This document shows positions 1-11,676 of a stretch of DNA of 64,000 nucleotides, piece after piece; position 1 is the first letter of the stretch, and the number at the start of each line of letters is the position of its first letter. The stretch covers positions 4,402,001 through 4,466,000 of the forward strand of contig OU015566.1 of NCBI GenBank assembly GCA_907165135.1. The letters run 5' to 3'. Origin of the DNA: Oikopleura dioica. Its lineage: Eukaryota > Animalia > Chordata. The translations under genes and the position numbers were made by a program. The notes beneath the pieces were generated by a model, which saw only the letters and a program-made list of their open reading frames with translations, made no database searches and had not been told where the DNA came from.

Positions 1-238
1 AATTTCGAATTTTCGACTAATTTTCGACTTTTCCACTAATTTTCGACTTTTTCGACTAATTTTCGACTTTTTCGACTTATTTTCGATTTTCTCGATTAAT
101 TTTCGACTTTCGACTAATTTTCGACTTTTCGACTATTTCGACTAATTTTCGACTCTTCGACTATAAATCGATTAAGTCGACTCGACTCGACTAGCGATTT
201 TCAAAAACGCTTTCGAGTCGACACGACTCGACTTCTGA
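1..238. repeat. Degenerate TTTTCGAC(T/A)-core minisatellite (intronic to the SLC15 gene)
   Basis: More than 15 copies of ttttcgact/tcgact with 9-20 bp spacing, grading into tcgactcgactcgac; array runs off the left edge. Confidence 0.85.
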
Positions 239-291
239 TTTTCAGCTGTGATTTAGAACCCTGAGTGAAAGAAGAGGAAAGCCTTACTTAC

Positions 292-1653
292 CCTCAGTGG
301 CGTCATCTTGACAAAAATATTCAAGCAAGGGTAGATAAACAACTCAAAGCAGGGCAAAAGAAGTAGGATGAAAACCGAGTTGAAAAGTTGAACTTGATCT
401 GGCCGCATTTTGAAGCTCTTCCCCCAGTACCCGTCCATCTGAGTAGCTGTCAGTGTCCAGCGGCTGCCTTGCATGTCAAACAGCGCCCAGAACATGATAA
501 TGGGAAGGTACATGACGACAATCGGCCACACCCACTTTGCATCTCGGATCATCCAACTTGGATACTTGCTCTTGTCGGCGTAGGACATCAAATCTGCATC
601 TGGATCTCGCTCTTTTTTGTCAGTTTTGCAGCGATTTCGGAGCGCGTTCCAAGTAGCGCCGAGAAATAGGGAAAAGACATTTTGCCCCGTTGGAGGTTTT
701 CGAATGTAGTACGGAGTTCCAACGAGGAAAAGAACGAGAGCAACCGCCATCAAAATCGATGGAACGGCAAAAGCAAGGACGTAGCTCAAGTCGCGAAGAA
801 TGGGAGTTATGAAGGTGGAGCAAAGACTTCCAGCGTTGATGGCGAAGTAGAAGACGGTGAAAAAGGAGGCGATGTGTTTTCGGCCCCGCTCAGTGGAATC
901 ATCGAACTGATCACCTCCAAGAGTCGACACACAAGGCTTGATTCCTCCCGTTCCGCAGGCAATGATGAAAAGAGCCGCCAATGCGAGTCCCATATTCACG
1001 GCTTGTCCAACTCCCGAATCGTCAAATTCCACCGCCGAAACGGCCATCAGCGCCATTCCAGCACAGTAAACAATCGAAAGGTAGAAGATGGTTTTGTACT
1101 TGCCCCAGTAAGAATCAGCCAGCATCGCGCCGAAAAGAGGGGTGAAATAACACTTTTGCGGGTTTTTCTTTTTCTCGATTTTCAAGGTCAAATATGAGAA
1201 AAGAGCAACCCTGTCAGAGCGGCAAAAGCGTGGTAAATCTCAACGGAGACGTCGTTACTGAAGCCAATAAAATAAGTCAAGTAGAGGACGAGAATTGAAC
1301 GCATGCCATAGTAAGCATATCTCTCGCAAAATTCGTTTCCAAGAATGAAAGCCACCCACCAAGGGTATCCTGAGCAGCACCCATCCCTCTGAAGAATTTT
1401 TTTGAAAAACCTTAATTGCAAATCGAGTTCAAAAGGACTGTAATATTTTGGGTCTCGAAGTGTTTGATATTTTATGCTAATTGAATTTATCGTGATTCCG
1501 CTCGGAGGCCGTTTATTATTATTAACGTTCACTAATATACAACTCATGAAATGAACTCACCAATGAATCATCGAAATCAGGGATCTTTTTATATTTTGGT
1601 TCATATAATTTTCTTGATATGTAATTTCTCAAAAGCGTTGCATATCTCATCAT
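292..1653 (-). CDS. SLC15A: Proton-coupled oligopeptide transporter (POT/PTR2, PEPT1/2-like), 5' part; continues off the left edge
   Basis: Exons about 1653-1561, 1388-1212 and 1152-292. Contains the ExxERxxYY motif (NEFCERYAYYGMR), the PTR2 signature region (GAMLADSYWGKYKTI), GTGGIKPCVSTLGGDQF and FYFAINAGSL. Ends at a GTAAGT donor at 291. Confidence 0.93.
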
Positions 1654-2153
1654 AATATCATTTCAAATATTTTTCTGTGAAACTTTTTTTTTGTTGTATG
1701 GTGCCTCAAGGCTATTCGAGCCGAAATTGATGAGCTAGAATGATTCATCTTTGTACTTAAAAATTCCACTCTCTTGCTAATTTTACCCCGAAAATTATGC
1801 CCGTTTTTGAAAATTTTAATAATTTCATTTTTGAGTCAAAAATTTTCACCCGTCAAGACTAACCCTAACTTTTCAAAACTCGACTTACTTCAACCTCTGT
1901 CTGATCCTCCACCACAAGCTCCTCCTCTTTTTTCTCCTCTCCCATTTTCTTCAGTCAAAAAATTTCAGAAAAAACTAGATCTTTCCCGATTTTCCGTAGC
2001 CACCTTTGATAGTCGACCTTTGTCGAATTTGCTTTGGCATAAAAACTCATCGAAGAAATTACTTCTATCGGTGAGATGCGGTTTTTGGAAAAGACTGCGT
2101 TTATTTGAACATTTCTAAATTCCTGTCGGGATTTTGTTGCAAGAATTCGGAGC

Positions 2154-2539
2154 TCAGACAAAGAAATTCGGGGTGTTTTCGGGAAAAGAAGCGCGTTTTT
2201 CGGGCTTTTTCAGGTCTGAAAAGCCTTCTGGAGGTTGGTAATCCATGCAGATGTAGGTTCTGAAAGAATATTTGAGAAAAAAATTTTTGCGAAAATTTAC
2301 CTCGTGAAATTATCGCAGGCGTCCCCGATATGAGCCATTAGCTCCTGGGACATTTCATCGGTTTCTTGGTGAAATCCCAGCTCGGCTAAAACAACAAATT
2401 TAACTTCGCTCAATTTTTCCTCAATACTTTCGGCGCAGAGGGAATAAATCTCGACGTATTCCTCGACAAAGTTTGCCGCTCCCGTTGCAGTTTCAAGAGC
2501 AAACGCAGAGAGTGGTAGAATTAGTTTTGAAAATATCAT
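2154..2539 (-). CDS. Small putative secreted protein (about 114 aa, 2 exons), unknown function
   Basis: Hydrophobic N-terminus MIFSKLILPLSAFA. A phase-2 GT-AG intron (2300-2260) joins exons 2539-2301 and 2259-2154 in frame. Confidence 0.5.
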
Positions 2540-3207
2540 CACTTCAAATGAATTTTTTTTTTAATAAAGTCGATTTTCCAAGAAGTTTATATACCTTCAA
2601 CTGCTGAATTAGTAATGCTTAAGGTCATTTGGATTTGACGCGGGACAGATTGACAGTAATGGACTCTCCTTGATTACTGAAGCTACTAAATGGGAAGTTG
2701 ATAAGTTTTTTTTTCTTTAACCCTAGCCGGCCAAGGTACTCCGAATTTGGAGTAGGGTTTTTTCATTTTTCACATACCCCCGATATTTAACGAAATTCTC
2801 ACTAAGAATCAAGGGAATAATTGAGCTTTTGATACCTACGTATTTTTAGATTTTTTCGGTAGGAATATGAATGTGTTTCATTACGCTCATTTGGGAAAAT
2901 TAACTTGTCTGGGCTCGATAGTTTCCGCGATCTTTTGCCTCCTCAATGATCCGCTCTTCAAAATTGTTAATAATATCCTCGACCAGGATCCTTTCTGGGT
3001 ACGTTGAACAAAAGTACCTGTTTGGCAAATCATTCTTAGTTGATTATTCTGGTGCTGGTCATTTCGCTCGTCATTCTACAAAGTCCTTTTTCTAATCAAA
3101 ACGACCAGATAATTTGCTGCTAACATGTTATAATCTGCTAACGGAATTCTAAAAAATGTAAATCGCAGTGAGTAGTCGTGAATCGTGATACTGAATCAGT
3201 AAAATAT

Positions 3208-3830
3208 TTATCTAAAGCCGGAAAATTCCCTTCCGGAAAATGAATTTTTCTGCTGCTGCTCGAAGCGACCAAATCCACCCGTACCACGTCCAAAGCCGCC
3301 ACCGAAGACACCGCCAGAATTGTTGCCAGAACCAAATGAGCTGCTTTGTTGGTTGCTACTGCCAAAAGCGGATGAGCCGGACGCTGAGCTGCCACCGAAC
3401 GCAGTTGAGCCAAAGGGACTGACGCTGCTGCTACCGAAGGCGCTGCCTCCAAACTCGCCACTTGAACCTAAATAAACTTCGTTTCTGATGTCTATTTAAA
3501 ACTTTCTTTGTTGAAAAAAATCTTTGTTGGTTGCTACTACCAAAAGCGGATGAGCCGAAAGCTGAGCTGCCACCGAATGAAGTTGACCCAAAGGCTCTGA
3601 CGCCGCTGCTACCGAAGGCGCTGCATCCAAATCCGCCACTTGAACCTAAATAAACTTCGTTTCTGGTGTCCATTTAAAACTTTGATACCTCCACCTGAGC
3701 CCGAGAAAGGACGAGTTGCCCCGCTTCTTCCAAAAAAGGACCAGAAGATGATTGTTGATTACTGGAATTCGAGAAGCCGAATTGGTTTGCAGGCGCGTTT
3801 ACAACAAAGCTCGAATTCTTACAAGTTTAA
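3208..3830 (-). CDS. Gly/Ser/Phe-rich FG-repeat low-complexity protein; start codon unresolved
   Basis: Spliced exons (about 3830-3689, 3645-3524, 3468-3208) read NQFGFSNSS...GSSGGFGCSAFGSS...AFGGSSAFGSSAFGSSNQQ...GGVFGGGFGRGTGGFGRF...FR-stop. A MITE lies immediately upstream. Confidence 0.55.
3345..3672. repeat. Tandem duplication of an approximately 180-bp exon plus intron unit
   Basis: 3345-3492 and 3523-3672 are near-identical, including the intron tail cttgaacctaaataaacttcgtttctg. Confidence 0.9.
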
Positions 3831-3838
3831 TTTATGGG

Positions 3839-4508
3839 TATAGTCATCGATTTTGGTCGGGTCTCCAATTTTTAATCTGAGCCCATTTTTAGAATCCCCA
3901 TAAAATTCTGAGCAAAAAGAATGATTATTTTGGCTATCTTAACCCATTTGGCCACAAATTGCGTTTGAAAGTGGCGAAATTTAGTGCATTCTGGCCATTA
4001 GCCGAATATTTTAAAATTTTGACCATTTTAGGGGTTTTGTAAGGGTGCCATATGATACATTTTTTGAAAGCTTATATTCAGGGCATTTATTAAGGACAAC
4101 GTAGGGTAAATTTGGGCCATGCCCGCAGGGCATTTTATCAAAGTGAAAGGTCAAAATTTGGTACCTTGGTTCTTTTAAAAATTTTTCAAAGAAAATCTTA
4201 TGATTACAGTATAAGGCTGTGTCATTTTTAAGATAAGGGTCTATTATTTAAGAAAATAACATAAAATAAATAGGTTTATATAGAAACTTTGGATTTATAA
4301 CGCCTTGAAAAGAGGCTATTTTCGCGTTCTTTGGCCGAGAGCTCAACTTTGAGCGATCCGAAAACCATGATTTCCTTGAAAATATCGTAAAAGGCAGTAA
4401 CAAAAGTGAGATCTAGGATAGATCTTTTATATGACCTATTTAAGAGCCTCCCACATATTCCAAGTCCCGAGTTATAGCCCCTTAGAATCGGCCAAATCGA
4501 CGACTATA
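3839..4508. mobile_element. Non-autonomous DNA transposon (MITE) with about 20-bp TIRs
   Basis: TATAGTCATCGATTTTGGTCG ... GGCCAAATCGACGACTATA. Internal approximately 550 bp homologous to 5550-6120 and to part of 44130-44290. Confidence 0.7.
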
Positions 4509-5414
4509 AATCGATATCTGCATGACATACATTTTTTGAACAAGAGTCCAAGGTGGCATTGAGAGCCAGAGGAGCCAAAGCTTTTCTCGGTCGGCGTGTT
4601 TTAACCGGCCCGATCATCGGTGGCTCAATGTCGGTCTATAATATTTTTACCATATTTTTCAAAATTTTAATTCAAACCCCAATATATCGCGCACCCTCTT
4701 CCCAATTTTCGTTGTTGTGTCCGTGCGCGGAGCAGAGATGCTGATATGGTTCGGAATTTATTCACAATCCTTGCTTGCTGAGCCTTGGAGGACACTGGGG
4801 GACACAATGTATTGAAGAGGTATAAAAAGTGGAGTTGGACTCATAAATTATAGAAACAGGCTCCCGAACTTTGTATCACCTCCTCGACCCCCAGCCCAAG
4901 GAATTCTTGCGCTCAAAATTACCGTTGCCAGAGTTGCAAATTTGCGTAGCGGAGAAAGCGGAGATACCTTCACTCATGGGCAAGGGGCGAGCATGGGAGG
5001 GGAGGGCGGGCGAGCGCGAGAGCATGAGCGGTACGTGCGCTTGCGAGCAGTATGAGGCTTGATTTTTTGATGGGCGGATGGGCGCGGGCAAAATTTGTCA
5101 AAATTTTTGGTGGTCGGATGGACGAGCGCGCCCGCCCGCGCACATTCTTTTTTCAAACACTGGAGCCGACGGCTCCGCTACGGGAAAAAAAAGCTACACT
5201 GAAAAAAATTCTGACCAGTTCCGCTACGGCCAAAAAAATTTTCGCCAGCTCCGCTTTGCTAAACTTTCCTCTCAGCTTCGCTATCTACGCTCAGCTACTG
5301 ATATTAAAATTAAGGCCCTTTTCTGTGTGAAAAAGGCCCTTATCTGTGTAAAATAAATTCTCAGTCAGTGTAAGTCACGTCCCTGGCCGTTTCAGCTATT
5401 TCAGCTTAGCTTAA

Positions 5415-6189
5415 GGGGGGAGGAGGTCGGCGAGAATTTTTTCAGACGTGATCGTAATTTTGCTTATACGCATAGTCAGGATATGAATCTTATATTTTCT
5501 GAATCTACAGATCCTCCCGAATCTTTCGTCAAGTCTCAGAATCGGTTTTTGACCACTTTTTCTGAATCTCCATGAAATTCTGAGCAAAAAACTCCGTATG
5601 AGTATTTTCTCTATCTTAACCCATTTTCGCACAAATTGCAAATGAAAATGGCAATAATTAGTGCATTTTGGCTAAAACGTGGAAATTTTAAAGTTTTTAC
5701 AATTTTTGGTCGTTATGTTAGGGTATCATATGATACCTTTTTGGAAAGCCCACGTTCAGGACATCTATTTGCGATGAGAACGGCGCATTTTGGGCTATGC
5801 CCGCAAGGCAATTCACGGAGTCAAAGGGACGGAAAATGGGTACCTTCGTACTTTAAAATTTTTAACATAGAAAATTTTGACCAATTGAAAAAAGCTCGTG
5901 TCATTTTTAAGATTAGGGTCAAAACTTTACCCTTCAAAAGAATCGAGGGGGCATTCATTGCTCACTTTGGAGGAGAGTCGCCCTGAATATTGGCTATTCT
6001 CGCGATTTTTCGCTGAGACGACAACTTTGAGCGAACCGTACGTGACTTTTCTCTTAGAATTTCGAAAAAAGCTCGTGTAAATCAGAAGATCTAAGATTGA
6101 ACTTTAATTTGAGCCATTACACGCCTTCCCAGCATTGATAGGTTCGGAGGAGAGTCTCGCTGCTTTGGGCCTGTACGGGGACCCTACCC
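5415..6189. mobile_element. TTAA-flanked non-autonomous element with GGG/CCC termini (Kolobok-like)
   Basis: TTAA|GGGGGGAGG ... CCTACCC|TTAA. Interior is a diverged direct copy of 3900-4480. The TIR match is weak. Confidence 0.5.
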
Positions 6190-6544
6190 TTAAAAGATAA
6201 AGCCCATATCTCCAGAGTTCGCTCTATTATTGCTGAGCTGAGCTAAGCTGACCTGAGTAAAAATTTCTCTAAGCTGAGCTGGCCTATTTCGGAGCTAAGC
6301 GGATCTTTTTGCCTATGCTCTCTTTTTGCTTTCTAAATTATCGATAAACCCCTAATTTGTTAATTTTCAGGCCGTCTCAGCCCCGTTCCTTGATTTTTAT
6401 AGGGGCTTGACGGCCCTTCGGCAAAAATACTTCTTACAGATTTTTACACTTTTTCATCCGCATTTGGGAAATTTATGTCCGACACTAGTCGACACTCAAA
6501 AAAACCTGAAAAAGTATTTTTTGAGGAAAAAGATGAACTGCTTA

Positions 6545-6662
6545 CAGTGCGCTTGCTCAAAGTCTGCTCGCTCAGCTCACGCTTGTTTTTTTTTTAAACG
6601 CTCAACCGCTCGCTCCGCTCATGAATTTTAAGCGGTCGACCGCTCAGCCGCTCGCTCAGCTC
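6545..6662. repeat. CGCT(C/A)-rich short-repeat cluster
   Basis: gctcgctcagctcacgct, cgctcaaccgctcgctccgctca and ccgctcagccgctcgctcagctca; a similar cluster lies at about 5190-5300. Confidence 0.6.
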
Positions 6663-6674
6663 AATATTCTTTCG

Positions 6675-7022
6675 ACGAAAATTGGAACCCTGATTTCTTC
6701 ATCGTCACTTAAGTCACCGACTTCAATCATGGCTTCTCTAATGTCAATCCCGAGTTCTTCGACGTCAATCCCAGCTTCATCAGTTTCAATCTTGGTTTTT
6801 CCAACGTCCATCTAATCTTGGAGAAGCCCTGATCGACATTCAAGAAACAAAAATAGAGAACTGAGAAGCCGGGACTGGCATCTGAGAAGCTAGGATTGAA
6901 GAAAGTGACGCCCGAATTGACGATTTAACCACCAGGATTCACGTATGTATAGCAAGGATCGAAGTTGTTAAAGCCGGGATAGAAGCTGGTGAAACCGGGA
7001 TTGACTGTGGAGAAGCCAAGAA
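6675..7022. repeat. Two degenerate 21-bp minisatellite arrays in inverted orientation
   Basis: The plus strand 6680-6830 reads NPEFFDV-NPSFISF-NLGFSNV. The minus strand 7022-6860 reads LGFSTV-NPGFTSF-YPGFNNF-DP...NPSFSDA-SPGFS. The two arrays are separated by about 40 bp. Confidence 0.7.
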
Positions 7023-7220
7023 AAAATGTGATATGATCAATCAACGAAAATTTGGTAAAGCAACTAACTCAAAAGAAAAAGAATCCCGCATTTCCAATAA
7101 TCCTCATTCGGCAGAATCCAAAATTGGCGATTTGAGAAATACGGGATTTTCAGGGCTATAGTCAATTTCAGGAGTTAAGAAGATTTGGAGTAGAATGATA
7201 ATTTGGAGCTGTTTTTTCAG

Positions 7221-7351
7221 ACCGATTTTTAAGGGTGTTAAAGTCATAATTAAGGGTATCTTACTCGGTCAAAAGAAAGCCCGGGCCCAAAGCCGGGTTT
7301 TCGCCAGGGTTTGAGGGGGCCGGGAGGCCCTTAACACCCTTAAAAATCGGT
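7221..7351. repeat. Short palindromic MITE-like hairpin
   Basis: Perfect 21-bp inverted repeat accgatttttaagggtgttaa (7221-7241) / ttaacacccttaaaaatcggt (7331-7351), with looser extension outward. Confidence 0.75.
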
Positions 7352-8265
7352 TCGAAAATTTCGCTGCTCTAGTTTCAAATTCATTTCAAAACTCCGCACG
7401 AAGCTTTATCTTTTGAAAACGCTTTTTTTCATTTTCAATAGGTTTCAGCCATTGCATCGGCTTTTTCCTGCAATTTCAATTGAAATTTCAATTTTTGAAA
7501 ATGTGCTCGAAGAACTCGAAAGTTGAAAAGTGAAATCAGTTTATTTAAATTAATCGATATTTCGATTTAATAAAATCAGTTTATTTTAATTAATCGATTT
7601 TTCGATTATTTCTTAATTAATGACACGAATCGCAACGTGCTGGAAATAAGCTAGCGGTGCAATAACTTCTATTTTGTCGTTTGGAAAAACTATTTGCGAG
7701 CTCGAGACCTTCACAAAGCTGATGATTTCGGATTTCACGTCAGCGCTCATTTCGTCAAACTTAAATTCCCCGATGGGCTTTAAAAAAAATGAAAAAATCG
7801 AGCGGATTATGAACGATAAGAGCTACCCAGTTTCATTCAGCATTTTCGGGGGGTCGGAGATTGGCTCTCATTTCGAGAATACCTTAGGTATCCAAAAATT
7901 ATTTCTCGAGTAACTAGATATGACCAATATCTAGGGCTGTTTTTCTCGGATTTTATTTTACTCAACAAGTTTTGGCAGAAGAGAGCTGAGACTCCTCCGG
8001 TTTTCACAAACTGGCAATTTTCGGTCCTCGGAGGATTGAAATTTTTCTTACAAATTTATATTTGATCATGGAATCACTTCTGGTTTTTGAAAGTTCACCT
8101 CCTTATCTAGGGCTGTTTTGAAGGAAATCTTGAAAATTCCAAAAATTTTTTTTTTTGAAAGGGTGATTCCAAAAATAATGATTTTCATAAAATTAACAGG
8201 TATGAAAAATGGTGTAAAAGAGAGAATTCCTTCTATTTTTCTGCGCCAACATTCATATTTCAGTC

Positions 8266-9322
8266 ATCTTCGCGCGCGCCCTTTTCTCACTTTCTCTCAT
8301 GCCCATAGAATCTGATGGGATAATTGTACTCAAAAATTTCTTTTTTACAATCACCCTTAAATTTAAATAGCTTTCTAGTCGTGTGAATTATTTCTCTCTA
8401 GCTAATACAGTTGACCTACAATTCACTATCAATATTTTTTCTTCTTTTGCTATCTCCTCCGAGGTCAGTGAGAGGACTCAGATGAAATTGGTATCGTTTG
8501 AAAGAACTTTTTTTGGACTTTTATAAATGGCCTATTACATTCCAAATTTGTACTCAAGTCAACCGTAATAATCGATAATTTGTTTTGTCCTGCGCGCTCC
8601 GCAATTTCTCACCTAATCACTCGCCTCTTTTTTTGATTTTTTGGCACTTGGAATGAATTCATGATGGAAAATTTCAAAATTAAAAAGAATGACAGAAGAT
8701 TAGCAAGCGGAATTAAGAATTTAGCAGTCAGACTGAACCAAATGAGTCGCTATTGTATTTGTATAGTCTATACAGTATAGAGATTGTAATTAGTGCGCTA
8801 ATCGGTTCTATGATTGTTTAGGCTTATATCTGGTCAAAATTGTCGGAAATCGACGGACATGTCAAAAAAACATGGATTTAAAGGCAATTTGAATATCGAG
8901 ATAGAAATTTATAGCGCATCAGTCCTTATATTTTCATGAAATAAACTTGAGCGAAAAAAGGAAAGAGAGAGAAAGGTGAGAAATCACGGACCGCGCAGCG
9001 CAAAAATAATAATCGAGTGTTACGATCATCTCGAGTGCAAATGAAAAATGTAATAGGCCATTTATAAAAGCTCGAGAAAAGGTCTTTCTAACGATAGTAA
9101 TTTCATTTTGTTACTCTCGATAACCTCGGAGGAGATAGCAAAAGAAGAAAAAATATTGATAGTGAATTGCAGCTCAACTAAATTAGCTAGAAAGAAATGA
9201 TTTATACGACTAGAAAGCTTTCAAAATTAAAGAGTAATTATTAAAAAGAAATTTTCGAGTAGCATTATCCCATCAGATTCTGTGGGCACGGGAAAAAGTG
9301 TAAAAGGGGCGCGCGCGAAGAT
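8266..9322. mobile_element. Foldback-type element with about 370-bp long inverted repeats
   Basis: 8266-8640 is the reverse complement of about 8955-9322 (for example gctatctcctccgagg/cctcggaggagatagc and cccatagaatctgatgggataat/attatcccatcagattctgtggg), with a spacer of about 310 bp. Confidence 0.9.
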
Positions 9323-9596
9323 CCTACTCTACCCTTAAAAATGCATTAAAATGTAAGAAAAGAGCATTCTGAAAAAGTTTTTTCCGCCGAGAATATGACC
9401 GAAAAATGTCAGTAAGTGCGGCTGGGCAATTTTCAATGATATTTTTAGGGTGTTTTTTTCTGAATAATATGAAAAATACTAAACATCTTTTTTGTTTGTC
9501 GAGCCCTAACCTACAAGCATCTGGAGAGAGATTATTGGAATTCCGACTTTCAAAAAATCGTGATAGTGCCCCTTAATATTTCAAACCATTCCTTTT

Positions 9597-10060
9597 TTAC
9601 ATCATACTTATCTTTGTACTGCTTAGCGCAATGACGACATCCCCATCTTCTTATTAAATCGTGGCTTTCCTCGTGGCGTGCCGCCTTGGTTTTCGTCGGG
9701 AATTTGCGCGGGCAGAATTGACAGCCAAGACTTTCATTTTTGGCTCCGATGTTCGTGTCCTCTCGCCTAAATATCATTACAAAAACTTAATTTAAAAAAA
9801 AATCAAGAGAGTTAAACCCGAAATTAAAAATGTGGATCAAAAATGAAAATGTCCAAAAATCAGTTTTTCTAAATTATGTGACTGTTACAATTAGATATTG
9901 ACGTGCTTTTTTTAAGGTTAACGAAGTTTTCCAGCCCAATTCCGCCATATAAACCTCAGAACACCATACTTTTTCAGAATCAGCAGAAAATTTCAAGAAT
10001 TTTGACCCTTTAAAATTCTGGAAATCTTCACTTCCGGTCGATTCTAGAGCCGGAAGTTGA
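9597..10060 (-). CDS. C2H2 zinc-finger protein fragment
   Basis: CQFCPRKFPTKTKAARHEESH followed by GCRHCAKQY (the second finger is cut by an intron). The upstream exon near 9880-10060 is tentative and the remaining exons were not found. Confidence 0.55.
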
Positions 10061-10080
10061 CTAAATTTTCGAAAATGTAT

Positions 10081-10696
10081 AGAATAGTTCTGCAAAATGC
10101 AGAATTGTTTCGATCAAATATCGCCCTTATTCGATCGAAATAATTCTGCATGCAGAATAGTTCTGCATCCGCCAAAACGGATATAAGCGCAAATAAACAC
10201 CAAAAAGACTCACAAAAAGAAAATTGACCAAAAGATTGGAGTCCTAGCGGTAGAGAAAGACTGCCCCTGCCAACCCAATGAGTTTCCTACCAGAAAATGC
10301 GCGCGTAAGGGCCGAAGGCCTGTCGCGTGCTTAATTCACGAAATGCAGAATACAGTGGTGTGAGGAGTTTCCGCACCCTTTGTGAGTGCTGCGTTCCCCC
10401 ACCCCTAGCCCGCACTTTTTCTACTATTTTCTTCTCGAAGTAGCAAAAGTGAGTGCTGCGTTTCCGCACCCTTTACCCGCACTTTAGGGGTGCGGAAACT
10501 CCTCACACCACTGTAGTTCTATTTATTGCAGAATAGTTCTGGATATAAAGAATAGTTCTGCTTCTCGCAGAATAGTTCTGTATTTTGCAGAATAGTTCTA
10601 CATTTGGAGAATAGTTCTGCACTCGGCAGAATAGTTCTGCGAAACGCAGAATAGTTCCATATTTTACAGAATAGTTCTGCATGCAGAATTGTTTCG
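10081..10696. repeat. Array of a quasi-palindromic AGAATAGTTCT core at 19-20 bp period
   Basis: Eight consecutive cores at 10529-10678 with 8-9 nt variable linkers, further cores at 10081 and about 10155, and one core split by a MITE. Confidence 0.9.
10353..10513. mobile_element. Tc1/mariner-type MITE (161 bp)
   Basis: TA|CAGTGGTGTGAGGAGTTTCCGCACCC ... GGGTGCGGAAACTCCTCACACCACTG|TA: perfect 26-bp TIRs and a TA TSD. Confidence 0.93.
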
Positions 10697-11584
10697 AGCC
10701 CCTCCCCAAAAAAGTGACACCGCGCATGCACCTGCCTACCCAAAAATTGTTCAATTCCCAAACTTAAATTTTCGACCGGAAATCCGCCGCGTTCAAAGAA
10801 AGACGCCACACGTGATTCGTAAAATCTTTTAGTTGCTAAATTAGTACCAGGGCAATTTTGCGCGATGTTTTATAGGCTTGCGCTATTTTTTATGGACTGG
10901 AATTTTGAGGAGGATAAGATGAATTGGCGAGTTTTTTACGATTGCTAGTCAGAACAACGTAAATTCAAAGGATTTCTTTGATACCTTTTGATATCATGGA
11001 GAAGTATTTTTTTGTTCCCTAAGATGCTCAAATTAACGGATAATCAAGTCGTTTAGCAATAATCCCCAAAGTTTGTAACGGTGGGACTGACTGATCGAAT
11101 TAGGAGCAAGGTGCTAATTTGCTCGTCTCTTATCAAGTTAGTTTGTTTCTTGTCTGATCCCGGTGACCGGCAGAAATCACTCGCAACTGATCGTCACCTT
11201 GCTGTTACAAAACGACTTTGGCCCAGTTTGAAACTTTTTTCCCATTGTCGCGCGTGTTTTTTCAGACAAGTAGCTACACACGTAGAGAAGTACGTAGAGA
11301 AGTGGCCTTACACTTGCTACTTGGGCGATTAGGGCATTTAGCGGATTGAAAAGGGGCGAAATTTGGGATCAAATCGCCTCCTAAGGGGATCGATTTGGGG
11401 ATCAGTTCAGTGCAAATTCCCATCGACTGATGCCAAATTGAGCTACTCAGCCTGAGCAGACCCTTTTTACAGCTGGTGTTATCAAAGCTGATTTTAGCTG
11501 GCTTTGTGATTCTTCAGAAGAAAATCATTGGTCTGAGCTGAGTTCTCTCAGAAATGACTGAGCGGGCTAGCCCGATGAGTGGTC

Positions 11585-11676
11585 TCCGTTTGCCCAAGTC
11601 GCCGTTTGCCGAAGTCGCCGTCTGCCCAAGTCGCCGTTTGCCCAAGTTGGGCAGACGGACATCTTAGGCAAACGAC
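11585..11676. repeat. 16-bp tandem repeat GTCGCCGTTTGCCCAA with an inverted copy
   Basis: About four direct copies followed by ttgggcagacggac and ggcaaacgac in the opposite orientation; resembles MITE subterminal repeats. Confidence 0.7.

Noticed and set aside
388-1197. Plus-strand ORFs opposite SLC15, and similar shadows opposite ZP, GMPR, PLSCR, GPx and gag-pol
   Set aside because: They are antisense or alternate-frame shadows of well-supported genes.
2617-2675. 18S rRNA-like words (gcttaa, atttgac, gattgacag, ctct..ttgatt)
   Set aside because: Only scattered short matches with wrong spacing and no flanking rRNA sequence.
10521-10690. CRISPR-like repeat/spacer array (AGAATAGTTCT)
   Set aside because: The repeat is 11 bp and the linkers 8-9 bp, far below CRISPR sizes. 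The context is eukaryotic with no cas genes.
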